A DNA stretch of 64,000 nt, taken from positions 213,590,001 to 213,654,000 of the forward strand of contig OZ024740.1 of the NCBI GenBank assembly GCA_964016885.1, given 5' to 3'. Shown here in pieces: positions 27,066-40,095 of the stretch. The notes beneath the pieces are model-generated. The model saw only the letters and a program-made list of their open reading frames with translations. It ran no database searches and had not been told where the DNA came from. The stretch comes from Eledone cirrhosa (taxonomy: Eukaryota). Position 1 is the stretch's first letter. The number at the start of each line of letters is the position of its first letter. The translations under genes and the position numbers were made by a program.

Positions 27066-27355
27066 TCATCATCAAGTCAGGGCAAGGTTGTTTGTGGAAG
27101 ACCATTCAAACAACAAAAGCATCTTGATGGCACTTATATTCGCCTGCTTCAGCGCATTCAGAACATAAGCTGGCGAGATCTGCCTTTGAGAAAGATATAT
27201 GCCAGCCTCCCACGCATATCTGTCGTTGTACGTAAAAGGAGAGTAAGATTTGCTGGCCACTGTCATTGTGCCACCTATGAGGCTGTGTCCCTATTAGTGC
27301 TTTCGAAACCACAAGCAGTCACTAATAACAAGTGGCGCAAGCTCTCCTACCCCTA
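26715..27355. mobile_element. RTE/RTE-X-like LINE with inverted 5' segment
   Basis: Minus strand ESAALVGLHLN..VEDFKYLGS..WRSNLS abuts plus strand RLFQVTIQPILLYGSET...RRVRFAGHC. Confidence 0.75.
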
Positions 27356-27359
27356 TGTC

Positions 27360-27407
<48 letters not shown>

Positions 27408-27628
27408 CTACGATGGACACATGTGCTGAGCTCGCTCGGTAAGTTTTTGTTTAAATTCATACGGAAATTGTAAACTGTAAACTTTCATTTTTGTACCATT
27501 TTGTAGAGGGACTGCCAGGTCAAATTTTGATCTGGTCGGTCTCTCAAAATATTCTGCGCCTTTGGGCGAAATAGTATTGTGAACATTTTATCTTTCGAAA
27601 AACTTCGAAAAACCCTATTTTGAGAAAA

Positions 27629-27805
27629 ATGGCTGAAGCATCTTCACCATCAATCAAAGAAGGAAAGGGGAAGTCATACTCACAGCTTCCCCCTGCCACT
27701 GTCACAGCAGCAGATGCCAAAGGCAGAGGTCAGAGAGAGGAAGAATTGTCTTCACCTGTTGACCGACCACTAGATGTAGCCACAACTACACAAGAATTTG
27801 AAAAC

Positions 27806-27836
<31 letters not shown>

Positions 27837-29173
27837 GCAACAATAAAGACAACAAAAACAACAACAACACAAACGTCACAAGTATCCACACACGAAACGA
27901 GAAAGACAACAACAACAACAAAGAGGAAAACAACTCAAACGACGAGAAACAAAACAATACTAATATCCAAAACGAAAACAAAATATCTTTTGCACAAACG
28001 GCTAAATTATCAGTCGCTTATGTGCTGGAAGATATTTCAAAAGCAAAAGAAATGCTGGAAAAAGCCAAGAAATATGTGTCTTTTGGCGAAAACGGATCGT
28101 TTTCTATACATTCACCTCCGGAGCTAAAAAGACAGACGGAATTACGAACTGTCGTATTCCGAACAATTTTAAATAAAACAAAGAAACCAGCGCAACCATC
28201 TCAAGCGGAAACTCAGTTAGTCTTGAAAGACGCGATGAGAGACATCACTTTCATACAAAAGGATAAACTCTATGGGAGTTTATCCATATTGATGAAAGAC
28301 GAATTGGCGGCAAAAAAATACTCTGTGTCGCCAATTCGGTCCACACACTACACCTTCTTCCCCACCTACATGGGTAAAAAAACCCAGAGGATATGGATAA
28401 CCACCATCACCCCAAACATAAACTACTGGTGGTTACTAACCGGTTTCCTCAATTTAGACGAGGACAACCTCATCTCAATAGGGAAGGCATCCGGCGACGC
28501 GTTCAGTGGAACGAGCCTCGAAGTTCTGACCCAAATAAGGCCAGAACGCATCGCCCAAATCCCTGAGCGCGTCATGCTGGATGACCGTACCCACCTCAAC
28601 ATTATTGTGGAGGGTATGCATCCCTCCTGTTACCTCTGTGGAAATAGAGGTCACCTGAGGGCTGCCTGTCCCCAGCTCACACAGAAAAAAACACTGCTAC
28701 CAACACCAACACCACCCCAACTACAACAACAAAAACAACCACAACAACAACAAAAACCAACAACCCCACCACCACCACCACAACAACAACAACAACAAAC
28801 ACGTGAAAAAATAACACAGAATACTGTCCCACCCAATCCCTCCCCACCCAAAACAAATACAAAAACACGCACACCGCAAACACTACCAGAAAACATACCC
28901 CTCCCACCCAACGAGGAAGACGAACCTCTTTCGTCGCAAGACGAAAAAGATCCCTTCCAACAAGTAAAAAGAAAGAAGAGGAGACGCACCACAGACACAC
29001 ATGTTAACTTTAACCCCCCCCCCCCAAGAGAACACAAACTACACACAAACCACCCCTCCCTGTCACACAACACTAACTGCTACACAAAAAAAGACCTTAC
29101 AATACACATACATGAACACAGACAACAAAGAATTACGGAAAACAATTTCAGCAAACCCTTCGGTCCAAACTGA
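27629..29173 (+). CDS. Tx1 ORF1 (gag-like, CCHC zinc knuckle); probably extended to 29482 before two poly-C frameshifts
   Basis: ATG at 27629; CYLCGNRGHLRAAC knuckle; N-, Q- and P-rich low-complexity segments. Confidence 0.85.
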
Positions 29174-29506
29174 AGGGCCAAACTTTATAACTGCTGTGGG
29201 ACTACCTCATTTGAAAATGATAAAAGTCCCAATGCACTTGTACAAAACACTGAAAATAAATTTCACGGAGGACGTGGGCCCCCCTGCGCCAAACCAATCA
29301 ACCGCGTCCTCCTAAAAAATTTCACCCCCCCACCCCACCCAGACACCCACTCAACGACAAACACCCCAACCCCACAACACACCGATGCCCCTTCACTTCC
29401 ACAAACCACCACCCCACCCAACAACCCATCCCCAACCAGCATGGAAATTGAGCGGCCCGTTTCCCGGGACGCAGAGAGGTAAGTGCCTTTTCTCTTTACC
29501 ACCAAC

Positions 29507-32500
29507 ATGGCTGTGCTAAGAGTAGGGTGTCTAAATGCGCGTGGCCTGGGCTCGTCTTGGAAGCAAGCAATGCTTCTAAATGACCTCAGGTCACAATCTA
29601 TAAATGTGGTTATCTGCGAGGCCCGGATCAGCAGCATGCGACAGCTAGCCCCCACCTTTGACGACTTTGAGATGCACGCATCTCTCTGTCAGCCCGGAGG
29701 TGGGGGTGGGGTTGTCGTTCTGCTGCAAAAACATATGGGCCTTGCAACACAGATAGTTCACTTGGACCCAGGGGGTCGACTGGTGGTGCTGGACCTTGGC
29801 AGTGGTGAAGGTAGAGCCCTTAGGCTGATAGCCGCATATGCCCCTTTTGGGACAGAGCGGCCCGACTTTTTCCAGCGTCTGGAGTCTTTTCTAGGGACGT
29901 CCCGTTCCCTGCTTTTAGTGGGGGATTGGAATGGTATCCTGGATGCACGTTGGGACTATGCAGGGGCATGTCCCGATAGAGAGGGGTGCAACAGCCTCAA
30001 GGGGTTACTCGGCCGATTTGACCTGGCCGATAGATTTCGACTAGATTTTCCGACGGTGCCAACCTGGTCTTGGTCAAATCGCAGCGGATCATCTAGATCG
30101 TACCTAGATAGATTTTTAGTTAGAAATAAGGACAGGGACTTTTTAAGTTGTCCAGAAATGCTCATGGTTGGCTATTCAGACCACAAGTTGGTGACCTGCA
30201 TGGTCAACCTTGATAGAACGCATAGTCAGGGCCCCGGTTACTGGAAGCTCAACTTGTCCTTGCCGGCAAGTAGAGCCTACAGGAATCGGATTAGTACGTT
30301 AGTTAAGGAACGGTTGACTGGAGCGATCGTCAACAGCAGGTGGTGGGTATCTCTAAAGAGAGAGATTAGAGTAGTCTCGATTGAATTTAGTAAGGTTCTA
30401 GCTGCGGATAGGAATAGGAAGGAAAGGGAGCTAATAGATAGAGTAGAAGAGGCAATTAGAAGCGGCGACGTGGCCAGAGTGCTAGCGTCGAGAACGGCTT
30501 TGAGCCAGTTTTTCGACGCGAAGCACGAAGGCTGCGTTGTCCGAAGTAAAATACGTGCTCTAGGGAACGAGGGGGCCAAAGCTGTTAGCTGGGCCCGCGT
30601 GACAGAGGCCAACAGTGGAACTAAATCCACCATCCGGTCTTTGCGAGACCTGGATGGACGGGCGATTCTTGAGCCTAAGCAGATGTGTGAGGCCTTTCAA
30701 AGGCACTTTGCCCGACTGTTCGGGAGGGGCGGGGAGCCGGTTGGAAACGTGGACTTCGGTCCATACCTCGACGGCCTGCCGCGCCTCTCGGACAGGGAGG
30801 CGAAGTCTTGCGAGGAGCCGATTTCGGCCGCTGAGATAGAGGACGTGCTGGGCCAATGCGGCAAACGCAAATCCCCGGGTCTCGATGGTCTTCCTTACGA
30901 ATTATATCTAGCTATGCCGGACTTGTTCCCCGATCTCCTCGAGGCGGTCTACTGCAACTGGCAACAGAACGGGAGAATTCCCTGTACTGTGACCAAGGGC
31001 GTAGTCACGCTAGTGAGGAAGGACGAGAACAAGGGGGACGAAATAAGTAACTTCAGGCCCATAACTCTGCTAAATACAGAGTTACAGATTTTGGCCAAGG
31101 TGCTAGCAAAGAGGTTGGCGCTTGTCGTGGGCAACCTGGTGGGAGATGCGCAGACATGCGCTATCCCGTCCAGGTCCATCCATGACAACCTCCACCTCAT
31201 GCGATACATCATAGAGAGGGTTGGGAACGAACCCGGCTTTGGTGGGGCTCTGATCAACTTGGATCAATCTAAGGCGTTCGATAGGGTCGACCATGGTTAC
31301 GTGGATGCGGTGCTAGCGGCGGCAGGCTTCGGACCCGTTTTCAGGGGCTGGATCACTGCTATGCACAGCAGCCGCATCTGCTCTAGGGTCAAGGTGAATG
31401 GCTACCTCTCGGAGCCGTTCAAAATCGCGCGGTCCATCCGACAAGGGTGCCCTCTCTCCTCCCTTCTGTATGTGTTGACTCTCGAGCCACTACTGCGGAA
31501 GTTGGAGTTGTTGCAGGGCATCCCTTTGGAACCGGGATTGCGGAAAACGGTGTCAGCCTACGCCGATGATGTGACAGTAATGGTGTCGACGGCCTCCGAA
31601 ATCGAGGCGGTCGGCACCTTACTGGAGGAGTACGAAAAGTTCACAGGGGCTAAGCTGAACCGGGACAAGTCGATCGGTTTGCAACTCGGCACGTGGAGGG
31701 GCAGACCGATGCCCTCCGATGGCGTCGTCGGACGCTGGACGGAGGGCCCGGTGAAGTTGCTCGGGGTCTGGTTCGGACCGGACCTCCAGGTGGAGAAAAA
31801 CTGGGCGGAGGTTACGAACAGGGTGTTTGCACTGACCCAGAAGTGGGCCAGTTGCAAACTATCCCTGAAAGGTCGGGCGGAGGTGGCGAACACTTATATA
31901 GCGTCCGTCATCTACTACCGCCTGACCGTAGTGCCCTGCCCAAGGGAAACCCTCACCAAGATGGAGCGCGCGCTCTTCCAATTCCTTTGGAAGGGGCGGG
32001 CTCCTATGGTGAGGAGATCCATCTGCTGTCAACACCCTTCGAAAGGAGGGCTGGGGATGCCGTGGCTAATGATGCGTAAACACGCATTAAGGCTACGGCA
32101 CCTCTACGTATTCCTCACCGGACAACCGGTGTGGGCCTCGTTTGTGAGACGAACCTTTCCCAGACTCGTATCACTCACCGAGCTGCAATCCTGGGTCAAG
32201 CAAAGACCGAGAAAACTGGGCGCCTGGCACACTGAGTGTGCCCAGGCGCTCACCGCCCTCTGGCAGGCGGATCCGGTTATCAGTGGAGACTCCACCGCAA
32301 CATTCTATAGAGGGCTGGTACGCAGCAGGTGCGACGACGCCCTCGGAGAAGCCCTAGACATGGAGGAGGACGAACTGGCCAGCCTGTTCGGTAGGACATT
32401 CAGCCCGGGACCTATGGACAACTTCCAGAAGTCCCTGGCCTGGCAGTGCTACCGAGGGGCTTTACCCGTTCGAGAAAGGCTCTACAGACACGGGCGCCCG

Positions 32501-32725
32501 GGTAGGGACCCCGCCAAAAAGATCTGTCCCAGATGCGTGTGCGACGAGGAAACCGTTGCACACGCATTGGTACACTGCTCGGGCGTAGCCGATCTGTGGG
32601 GCTATGTCGAGGGCTATGTCGAACAACTGCTGTCAAGGGTGGGACCGATCCGGTTGACCACCGAGGATCCGGTTGACCACCGAGTCTATTGTAATGATCA
32701 AGCCGCCTCCCCCCTTCAAAGATGA
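29507..32725 (+). CDS. Tx1 ORF2: AP endonuclease, reverse transcriptase, CCHC finger; C-terminus disrupted (native end about 32972)
   Basis: LNARG, GDWN, YLDRF, SDH (APE); KSPGLDG, FRPITLLN, DQSKAFDRV, RQGCPLS, YADD (RT); CPRC..ETVAHALVHC. Confidence 0.93.
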   Translation: MAVLRVGCLNARGLGSSWKQAMLLNDLRSQSINVVICEARISSMRQLAPTFDDFEMHASLCQPGGGGGVVVLLQKHMGLATQIVHLDPGGRLVVLDLGSGEGRALRLIAAYAPFGTERPDFFQRLESFLGTSRSLLLVGDWNGILDARWDYAGACPDREGCNSLKGLLGRFDLADRFRLDFPTVPTWSWSNRSGSSRSYLDRFLVRNKDRDFLSCPEMLMVGYSDHKLVTCMVNLDRTHSQGPGYWKLNLSLPASRAYRNRISTLVKERLTGAIVNSRWWVSLKREIRVVSIEFSKVLAADRNRKERELIDRVEEAIRSGDVARVLASRTALSQFFDAKHEGCVVRSKIRALGNEGAKAVSWARVTEANSGTKSTIRSLRDLDGRAILEPKQMCEAFQRHFARLFGRGGEPVGNVDFGPYLDGLPRLSDREAKSCEEPISAAEIEDVLGQCGKRKSPGLDGLPYELYLAMPDLFPDLLEAVYCNWQQNGRIPCTVTKGVVTLVRKDENKGDEISNFRPITLLNTELQILAKVLAKRLALVVGNLVGDAQTCAIPSRSIHDNLHLMRYIIERVGNEPGFGGALINLDQSKAFDRVDHGYVDAVLAAAGFGPVFRGWITAMHSSRICSRVKVNGYLSEPFKIARSIRQGCPLSSLLYVLTLEPLLRKLELLQGIPLEPGLRKTVSAYADDVTVMVSTASEIEAVGTLLEEYEKFTGAKLNRDKSIGLQLGTWRGRPMPSDGVVGRWTEGPVKLLGVWFGPDLQVEKNWAEVTNRVFALTQKWASCKLSLKGRAEVANTYIASVIYYRLTVVPCPRETLTKMERALFQFLWKGRAPMVRRSICCQHPSKGGLGMPWLMMRKHALRLRHLYVFLTGQPVWASFVRRTFPRLVSLTELQSWVKQRPRKLGAWHTECAQALTALWQADPVISGDSTATFYRGLVRSRCDDALGEALDMEEDELASLFGRTFSPGPMDNFQKSLAWQCYRGALPVRERLYRHGRPGRDPAKKICPRCVCDEETVAHALVHCSGVADLWGYVEGYVEQLLSRVGPIRLTTEDPVDHRVYCNDQAASPLQR

Positions 32726-33232
32726 AGCAGAGGCGGTGTTTCTGTGCGTAATAGCCATGGCGAAAGAGGTTGTATAGTGGACGCGTCTGAAAGGACTGAG
32801 GTCAGGCACCTTTCTCTCTGGCCAACAACTGGTCCGTTTCTTCCGATATCATTTCGGAAGAAGGATCAGGATGGAGAGAGAGGTGCTGCACCCCAGTCGT
32901 TTTTATGAAAGGTGGGTGAAAGTGGCGAGAATGGCCCGTGTGAATGGGCCTTCTCTTTACATAAGCCTGTAGGTGGAAAAGAGGAAGGAACGAGGGAGCA
33001 CCCCCTCTCTGTGCTCCTGAGGAAAAGGGTTGCACACTTTTTTCGGGGGTGTGTGCGACCCCCCAAGGCGCCTCCTCTCTATTGAGGATTTTGTTAAAAA
33101 TTTTATTTTTTGTTATATCTTATTTTATTTTTATATTTTGTTATTGCCTCCTCCTTATTGAGGACGCCTTTTTGTGTAAACTCCCCCCTTTGTACTTGTC
33201 CCACTTTTAATGCCCTAGTGGCAAATAAAAGC

Positions 33233-33296
<64 letters not shown>

Positions 33297-33355
33297 AAAT
33301 AGAGATAGATAGATTGATAGATTGATAGATAGATAGATAGATAGATAGATACATA

Positions 33356-33728
33356 TGTTTCTTTATTAGCCACAGGGGCACAAAAGAAGGGGACAAATAC
33401 AAAGGAGGAAGTTTACATACAATAAAAACGTGTAAAATACTATCACAACTGCAATTTAAAAATTAATCGATTTTCCACAATAGGGGGAGACATTTCATAT
33501 GAGTAACACATACCCCCGAAAAAATGTGCAACCCTCATCTCCAGGAGTACGAAGAGTTTGTACCCCTTGCCTCTCTTCCTCTTTTTCCTCAATTTTCAGG
33601 CTGATATAGAGAGAAGGCCCATTTACTCGGGCCATTCTCGCCACTTTCACCCACCTTTCATAAAACTTGCTGGGGTACAGCACCTCTCTCTCCATCCTGA
33701 TTCTTCTTCCAAAGTGGTATTTGAAAAA
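33356..33728 (-). mobile_element. 3' fragment of a related Tx1 subfamily, tail to tail with the full copy
   Basis: Encodes MEREVLYPSKFYERWVKVARMARVNGPSLYISL; flanked by (GATA)n. Confidence 0.85.
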
Positions 33729-34064
33729 AAGAAAGATAGATAGTTAAATAGATAGATAGATAGAGAGAGAAATAAACAATAGACGATGATGCAACAAGAT
33801 AGAATACGATTTTCATGACCAGAAATATATATAGAAAGAAAGAAAGAAATCAAAGAGGACTAAAAACAAACAAACAAACAAAAAAAAAGAAGAAAACAAA
33901 ACGTGATAAAATGAAAAGAAAATGGTTTATTCAAAATGGCGACAGACGTTGATAGAATATTGGTCTCTAATGTCGTAACGATGTATATTTAGAAGGATTC
34001 CAATGGATAGTTAGCCATTGATCTAGATTACCTTCACCATCTCTTCCTCTTCCATCAATCCATT

Positions 34065-34123
<59 letters not shown>

Positions 34124-34309
34124 GAGATAGGAGAGAGAGATAGGAGAAGAAATAGGCGAGAGAGAGAGAGGGGCGAGATAGGAAGGAGAGAGAGAGGGGA
34201 GATAGGAGAGAGAGAGAGATAGGAGAGAGAGAGAGATAGGAGAGAGAGATAGACGAGAGAGAGGGGAGATAGGAGAGGGAGAGGGAGAGAGAGAGAGAGA
34301 AAGGGAGAA

Positions 34310-34342
<33 letters not shown>

Positions 34343-34444
34343 GGCATCAGTACTGGATTAGTGCATTATTTATAAAATTCGAATGGATTGATAGACAAAA
34401 TTGATCTGTCTGAGATTCGAACTGAGAGCAAAGAACCGAAACGA

Positions 34445-34492
<48 letters not shown>

Positions 34493-34787
34493 AAAATGTT
34501 CAAGACCCCGACGGCAGAGCTCGAGCCTTTTCGACGGCTATTTCTGGACTGTTTCTGAGCTATTTTTGGACTATTTCTGAGTCCAGAAATAGCCGTCGAA
34601 ACGGCTGAAGGTCTGCCGTCGGGGTCTTGAACATTTTCCTATTACCCACTCTACTACCCTAAGTATTGAGTACTCTGGTGCGTTATGGTCCACCTGGTTC
34701 TTTACCACTTTTCCTTCGTTATATATATATATATACATACACACATACATGCACACATACACACGCACACTTGTGTGTGTATACATT

Positions 34788-34833
<46 letters not shown>

Positions 34834-35009
34834 TATATGGGCTGTATGTATGTTTATATGTGGGGAAGTGAATATGTGAGCTAGAATGTCCACCTCCCCC
34901 ACCTTCCCCTCCCAAACCAATATCAACAACATACATTTCTGACAAATATTCCAAAACTTTCCTTATTTTTCTCTTTGTTGTCATCCTATTCTTATCAAAA
35001 GACATGTAT

Positions 35010-35900
35010 GTCTCATTACATGGAAGCATGGACTAGAAAGAAGGGGTCTTAGAGTCAACCTGACAAAGACTAAGGTCCTCGTAATTAGACGGGAAAACAG
35101 AACCCAGATCCCTTCAGGGAAATGGCTTTGCTCAGTATGCAGGAAATGTGTAGTTAGAAATCCCCCCCCCCCCCAATTGCAAACTATGGGTGCACAAGAG
35201 ATGTAGTGGGATCTGAGGAAGTTTAGTTAAGAATGTAGGCTTTACATGGAGCAATTGCACCGGGATAGTAAACAGCAAACAACTGCAGGAAACAAAAACT
35301 ACCAAATTCTGGGAGGGCTCTGTAGAAACAGTAGACAGCTTCTGTTATCTAGGTGACCGAATTAGCAGCTAAAAGGGGGGGGGGGGCGTGTTCTGAAAGT
35401 ACAGTAACCAGGGTAAGAACGGGATGGAAGAACTTCAGGGAGCTACTACCACTGCTAGCTGCAAAAGGCTTTTCCCTCAAAATGAAAGGCACACGAACAG
35501 CAATGTCACATGGGAGTGAAACCTGAGCGTTGTGTGCAGAATACTTGCGTAGATTAGAAGGAAACGAAGCCTGCATGCTCCGATGGATGTGTAATAGTAA
35601 TATACGCGAACGGAAAAGCATAAATGAATTGAGAGAGAGACTAAGCATAAGAGGAATCAAATGCTGTATGCAGGAGAGGTAATTGCGTTGGTATAGACAT
35701 GTGATGCGTATGAAGGACGACAGTTGCATAATAAGGTGCAGAGCACTAAAAGTCGATAGATGCCTTGGAGTGGGGTGACCCAAGAAAACCTGGGATGAGG
35801 TGATAAAAACTGATCTTGCCCAATTGCACCTCTCAAAGGCGATGACACAGGACCGAGACCTCTGGCGTTATGCAGTAATACAGAAGACCCGACTTCCCAC
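35010..35900 (+). mobile_element. RTE-clade LINE 3' half with PHD-like finger inside the RT region, degenerate
   Basis: GLRVNLTKTKV..GKWLCSVC..CKLWVHKRCSG..DSFCYLGD..GWKNFRELLP..HGSET..PKKTWDEV..QDRDLWR. Confidence 0.8.
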
Positions 35901-36280
35901 GGGTACAAGCTGAAGCTGAAGCATATAGACAATATGCCCCCCCCCCCCTGTAAAGTGGTCGTGTAGGCACCACGGTAAAAAAGCACCCAGTACTGACTGT
36001 AAATGAGGTTGCTATTAGGAAGGGTATCCAGCTGTAGAAACCTAGCCAAAATCAGTTCTTCTACTGGCAAGTTCAGCTATCCCTACCTTCCACAAAATGC
36101 CATAATAGAATCATGTGTCTCAACAACAAACTTTTGACCAATCCTTGTGACAATCACTTTTACCATATATGGAATTACCCCCTGAGAAGTTCGGCTATTC
36201 ATTTACCAGGATAAAAATGTTCATTTAGTCCAGAATTAGCCGTCGAAACGGCTTGAGCTCAGCCGTCGGGGTCCTACTTG

Positions 36281-36333
<53 letters not shown>

Positions 36334-36586
36334 TTTAATTCCTTTAAATATTCATCAACACTCCTTCACTCCCACACTCATCAACACCACACCCACACCC
36401 CAGACACATCCAAATCTCTTTTATATATAGAGTCACATATCACAACACAACCTGATCTCAGTTTGACAATCGCCACCGACGAATGCGAGAAAGTTCTCCA
36501 GGAAAATTAACCAGGAATCTTTAAAAATCTCCCCACCGAAGTTAACAATGAAGTTACTAGATTTATAAAACCAAATCGTAAAATCA

Positions 36587-37019
36587 TCTCTATATCTAAA
36601 ACAGGGAATGTCTGTCTGTCTGTCTGTATGTATGTCTGACTCCCCAAAACTCGAGAACAACCCAACCGATTGTTTTCAAATTTTACACATGTAATATTTA
36701 TGGTCCTGTGAGTGTTTTGAGAAAAAAATATTTCAAATTTTCAATGCCCTAGGGACCGCATTAGGCGATTTAGCGATCTCTCTCTATAATTCTTATTCTT
36801 TATTTTTAGATAGATACATAGATATAACGTAGCGCCATTATAATATCTGTTTGTATGTCTGGCTGTCTGCATTACGACATTATGACGCTGTGTGTGTATA
36901 TATGTATATATAGTGTGTGTGTAACGTTTTTCGAAATATTTACTTTTGCGTTTACAGATTGATTTTTTAGTTTCAGAAGATCCCGTTAAGGGTGGAAGCA
37001 GCGATTCTTTAATCTGTTA

Positions 37020-37115
<96 letters not shown>

Positions 37116-37261
37116 TATATTCGTGTACAGATATTTTTGCATACACAATAACAACATATAAACAAACGTATTTATTTCACGAGGCTCGATAAGGATAAAT
37201 ATATATCAAATATATAAGAACCCTAGAGCAAATCCCGAGCAATGCAGGGCCATTCTGCTAG
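36587..37261 (+). mobile_element. Non-autonomous Helitron-like element with nested (TA)n repeat
   Basis: A|TC start, (GTCT)n, 3' cccgagcaatgcaggg hairpin then CTAG|T. Confidence 0.65.
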
Positions 37262-37384
37262 TAATATTATAAAATGAAATAAAATTGTATAGAACCACAC
37301 ACACACACACATACACACATATATATATATATACGCATGGTATTGGATTCATTTTGTCTAGGCAATGCTTATTGATGTATTATT

Positions 37385-38042
37385 TGGCAGTATCGGTAGA
37401 GCGTCAGACACCATGCTTTGTAGCATAGAGTTATGGCCTTTTACGGTTTGAGTTCAAATCCCGCCGAGGTTAACTTTGCCTTTCATCCTTACGGGGGTCG
37501 ATAAAATAAAGTACCAGTAATGCACTGGGATAATTGCTGGCCTTGTGCCTAAAATAGAAAAAAATTATTAGTATTAACGGTGAATTGGCAGTATCGGTAG
37601 AGGGTCGGACATGCTTTCCAGCATAGAGTTACGTCCCTTTACGATCTGAGTTCAAATCCGGCCGAGGTTAACTTTGCCTTTCATCCTTACGGGGTCGATA
37701 AAATAAAGCACCAGTAACGTACTGGGGTCGATTTAATCGACTGTCCTTGTGCCTATACTAGAAATTATTATTGTGGTTTGGCAGAATTGGTAAAGCGTTG
37801 GATAAATGTTCAGCAGTTTTTGTTCTGGGTCTTTACGGTCTGAGTTCAAATCTCACCGAGGTTAACTTTGTCTTTCGATAAAATAAAGTACCAGTAACGT
37901 ACTGGGGTCGATTTAATCGACATTCTCCTCCCCTGAAATTGTTGGCCTTGTGCCAAAATCAGAAACCAATATTATTATATACATACATACATACATGCAT
38001 ACGCACATACATACACACATACATATACACATACATACACAG

Positions 38043-38073
<31 letters not shown>

Positions 38074-38462
38074 TAATATAGAAATGGCTTCTACAGGACT
38101 AGAACTGTTTCATTCAAAAGAAAGCATCAGAAACGCCAATTTTCCTTATAAAACTGTTGTATTTATAGGTTTTCTGGTGTTTGGTGAAGGTGGTGATTTT
38201 GGAGATGGGTGGAGGTCATGACCAAGGGAGTTTAAAGAACAGGGATTCTTTGAAAAAACTATTTTTAGATATATACTCAATAATTGTTTCTACGTTAGGC
38301 ACAAGGCCAGCAATTACCCAGTGCATTACTGGTACTTTATTTTATCGACCCCGTAAGGATGAAAGGCAAAGTTAACCTCGGCGGGATTTGAACTCAGAAT
38401 GGTAAGGGCCGTAACTCTATACGTCAAAGCATGGCGTCCGACCCTCTACCGATACTGCCAAT
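37385..38462. mobile_element. Dominant SINE: tandem trimer (+, 37385-37975) and inverted copy (-, 38282-38462)
   Basis: Core motifs read directly. Confidence 0.85.
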
Positions 38463-38568
38463 ATCTCAATAATACAAGAAAATAGCAATTTCTATATTAA
38501 ACATGATGTTTACATTCTACTAATGTATTGAGTACCTTACTAACTGTGGTTACCCCTGATTGAACCTG

Positions 38569-38600
<32 letters not shown>

Positions 38601-38972
38601 GTAATCAGGGGATGGGGAAAAATGGAGAGAAATGATTCACGATAGGAGATGTGATAGGTACACGTGTATCCTAATTAGCAGATTTAGCTAGAGGAATAAT
38701 TGTAAATAAGAACCCAATTATTATGCAAGCCCTACTATGTGTAATAAAGGGCTGCAAGCCATAACAGTTGTGCTATTTTCTGTCAGTTGAATGGCCAGAA
38801 AACTTATGTGGCGTTAAAACTTATGTAACCACGGAAATTCTTTCAAAATATTCCTTAATAAGTTAAATTAAAGTAAACATTAAAAAACAGAAGGTTGGGC
38901 TGCAGCAAATTATGAAAGAAAAGAAATTAACACCCCCACATACATACATACATACATACTACATACATATAC

Positions 38973-39073
<101 letters not shown>

Positions 39074-39105
39074 TATATTTATATATACTTATAAATATAT
39101 GTATG

Positions 39106-39153
<48 letters not shown>

Positions 39154-39156
39154 ATT

Positions 39157-39198
<42 letters not shown>

Positions 39199-39414
39199 AG
39201 AAAAACAGATGTGAGAAAAACCACAGACCCTCCATCTCAACTCTACTTTTGAAAAGCAGAAGAACTGCGAAACCGGTAAAGGAACGAAATAAAAATATAT
39301 ATATTTTTTAAAAATAAAACTTCAGTTGCATTTTCGATTTCATCTTTTTTTCTTTATACTTTCACTCGTGTAGGACACCTCGGTTATTTTTCATTCTGTA
39401 AAAACAACCCTCAC

Positions 39415-39489
<75 letters not shown>

Positions 39490-39491
39490 CA

Positions 39492-39523
<32 letters not shown>

Positions 39524-39541
39524 CATATATTTATAAGTATA

Positions 39542-39605
<64 letters not shown>

Positions 39606-39697
39606 TATACTTATAAATATATGCATGTACATACGAATGTGTGTGTGTGTGTATAAGATAACTTGTGAGAAAGCGACAGAGTAAGAGAGAGAGGGAA

Positions 39698-39785
<88 letters not shown>

Positions 39786-40095
39786 AGAGAGAGTGAATGT
39801 GAAGTAGGAATAGAAGAATCACGACTATTGGTGTGGGGGTGTAAACCAGGAGATTGTTTGGAGAGAAATTATTCTATTTCTACAAACAATGTCGTATAAC
39901 ATTTCAGAAAGAAAAGAATAAACCTCCAAATATGAAGAAAAAGAAAATTAATTTTATGTAAACAACCATCCAACAAAAATATTTACGTAATTTTCAATTG
40001 CGTTTTGTACTTTTATGGTTAAACGTAAACGTTTTCCTTATTCTCTTTGTCTAACCGCATAGAGGGCCGGACTCTCACTCCGCTGAGGCCCTAAG

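Larger units (their letters stand above)
27407..33233 (+). mobile_element. Near full-length L1/Tx1-clade non-LTR retrotransposon in (TATC)n
   Basis: 5' UTR, ORF1, ORF2, 3' UTR with AATAAA near 33224; (TATC)n on both sides. Confidence 0.93.
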
